Source of the DNA: Candidatus Electronema aureum
GTDB taxonomy: Bacteria > Desulfobacterota > Desulfobulbia > Desulfobulbales > Desulfobulbaceae
NCBI GenBank assembly: GCA_004284765.1
Contig: NQJD01000039.1
Span: 1-22,726, forward strand
Length of the DNA: 22,726 nt
Direction of reading: 5' to 3'
In this document: in pieces, positions 22,104 through 22,726 of the stretch
Layout: every line of letters begins with the position of its first letter
Numbering within the stretch: position 1 is the first letter of the stretch
Program-made: the position numbers and the translations under genes
The notes under the pieces: generated by a model
Databases searched by the model: none
The model's input: only the letters and a program-made list of their open reading frames with translations
What the model was told of the DNA's origin: nothing

Positions 22104-22726
22104 ATGAGTGTCAGTCAGATGCGCATCCTCGGAATCGACGTTGCAAAGGCCAAGTTAGACATCGCTCTGCTGCTCCCGGACGGAAAATTCAGAAGCGAGG
22201 TCATTGCCAACACGCCGGAAGGCTTTGAAAAACTGGCCGCATTTCTCGCGGAAAAGGGCCATGCCGTGAGCGTGGTCAATCCGGCCCAGATCAGCGCGTT
22301 CGGCTCCGCAGCCCTGAGCCGCACCAAAACTGATAAAAAAGATGCCCGACTCATCGCCCGTTTCTGCGCCGAGCGGAGGCCGCCGCTCTGGGAGCCGTCT
22401 CCGCCTGTTCCTGCGGAACTCCGATCCCTTGTCATACGCCGCGACGCGCTGGAGCGCATGAGGACGCAGGAGATGAACAGGCTGCATGTCGCCCGCGCTG
22501 AAGTCCAGCAGAGCGTCGAACGCCATGTCGCGTATCTTGAGCGGGAGATCAAGGAGATCGACTCGGAAATTCAGAGAAAAACCGACGGCGATGCCAGCCT
22601 GAAAAAGCAGCGGGTGCTGCTGGACAGCGTCCCCGGTCTCGGAGCCAAGACCATCCCTGTTCTGCTCTCTTTCTTCAGCGGAAAACGCTTCCGCAGCTCC
22701 CGGCAGGCGGCGGCTTACGCAGGGCT
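22104..22726 (+). CDS. IS110-family (DEDD) transposase/recombinase. It is 3'-truncated by the window edge and apparently carries an internal in-frame deletion.
   Basis: It is not in the ORF track because it has no stop within the window. ATG 22104 has SD aggagg at 22091-22096. Translation: MSVSQMRILGIDVAKAKLDIALLLPDGKF...VSVVNPAQISAF...SRTKTDKKDARLIARFC...LDSVPGLGAKT. It has the GIDVAK and KTDxxDA motifs of the IS110 RuvC-like domain and the PG(I/L)G motif of the Tnp domain. The segment that normally carries the E-A-T-G motif is missing. Confidence 0.9.
   Translation, partial: MSVSQMRILGIDVAKAKLDIALLLPDGKFRSEVIANTPEGFEKLAAFLAEKGHAVSVVNPAQISAFGSAALSRTKTDKKDARLIARFCAERRPPLWEPSPPVPAELRSLVIRRDALERMRTQEMNRLHVARAEVQQSVERHVAYLEREIKEIDSEIQRKTDGDASLKKQRVLLDSVPGLGAKTIPVLLSFFSGKRFRSSRQAAAYAG

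Larger units (their letters stand above)
21901..22726 (+). mobile_element. IS110-family insertion sequence (left part). The left boundary is approximate.
   Basis: It comprises the transposase gene plus its upstream non-coding end. IS110 elements lack terminal inverted repeats, so the boundary is inferred from the hairpin and the 12-mer match at 21889-21900. Confidence 0.55.

Noticed and set aside
22115-22552. 145-aa and 123-aa minus-strand ORFs.
   Set aside because: They are antisense to the unmistakable IS110 transposase reading frame. That frame is missing from the ORF track only because it runs off the window without a stop.

Overview
This is a bacterial chromosomal window with three parts.

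**(1) 1-7825.** It opens with the 3' portion of a very large repeat-adhesin / peptidase-C25-like surface protein. A compact co-directional operon follows, and I read it as a candidate undescribed RiPP pathway:
- PqqD-type recognition protein (3104-3406)
- 52-aa precursor ORF below the ORF-track cutoff (3424-3582)
- radical SAM/SPASM maturase (3594-4757)
- second, homologous 55-aa precursor ORF (4770-4937)
- HPr-kinase-like P-loop protein (4984-5856)
- S24/S26-type serine peptidase (5874-6356)

Both precursors share a lasso-like Y-x-x-P-x-L leader motif plus LFAD-x-VL. Each has a two-Cys core and ends in Ser. No lasso cyclase is present. A secreted 4x beta-sandwich repeat protein follows (6434-7825).

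**(2) 7912-14162.** This is a housekeeping block: mnmG, a small CBM48-like protein, queC (-), a long GAPDH-like gap, and pgk. A single-gene AT-rich cassette sits downstream of queC and is flanked by a relic copy of the queC 3' end.

**(3) 14163-22726.** This is an accessory island starting exactly at the pgk 3' end.
- A relic copy of the pgk 3' end lies 538 bp downstream of the real one.
- Cassette A holds a DUF262 (ParB-like) protein translationally coupled to a HEPN (Rx4H) protein, plus a DUF2442 gene.
- Cassette B is a three-gene, stop/start-coupled operon: beta-class N4/N6 DNA methyltransferase, a 637-aa ABC/AAA_21-type ATPase with an unknown N-domain, and a TIGR02646/PtuB-like HNH-type protein. 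This is a Septu-like pair with an added methyltransferase.
- The cassettes are punctuated by three paralogous genes (P1, P2, P3).
- The island ends at an IS110-family element whose transposase appears to carry an in-frame deletion of the catalytic Glu region. Its upstream non-coding end may encode a bridge RNA.

All family assignments come from motif recognition by eye. No database search, alignment statistics or GC calculation was run.
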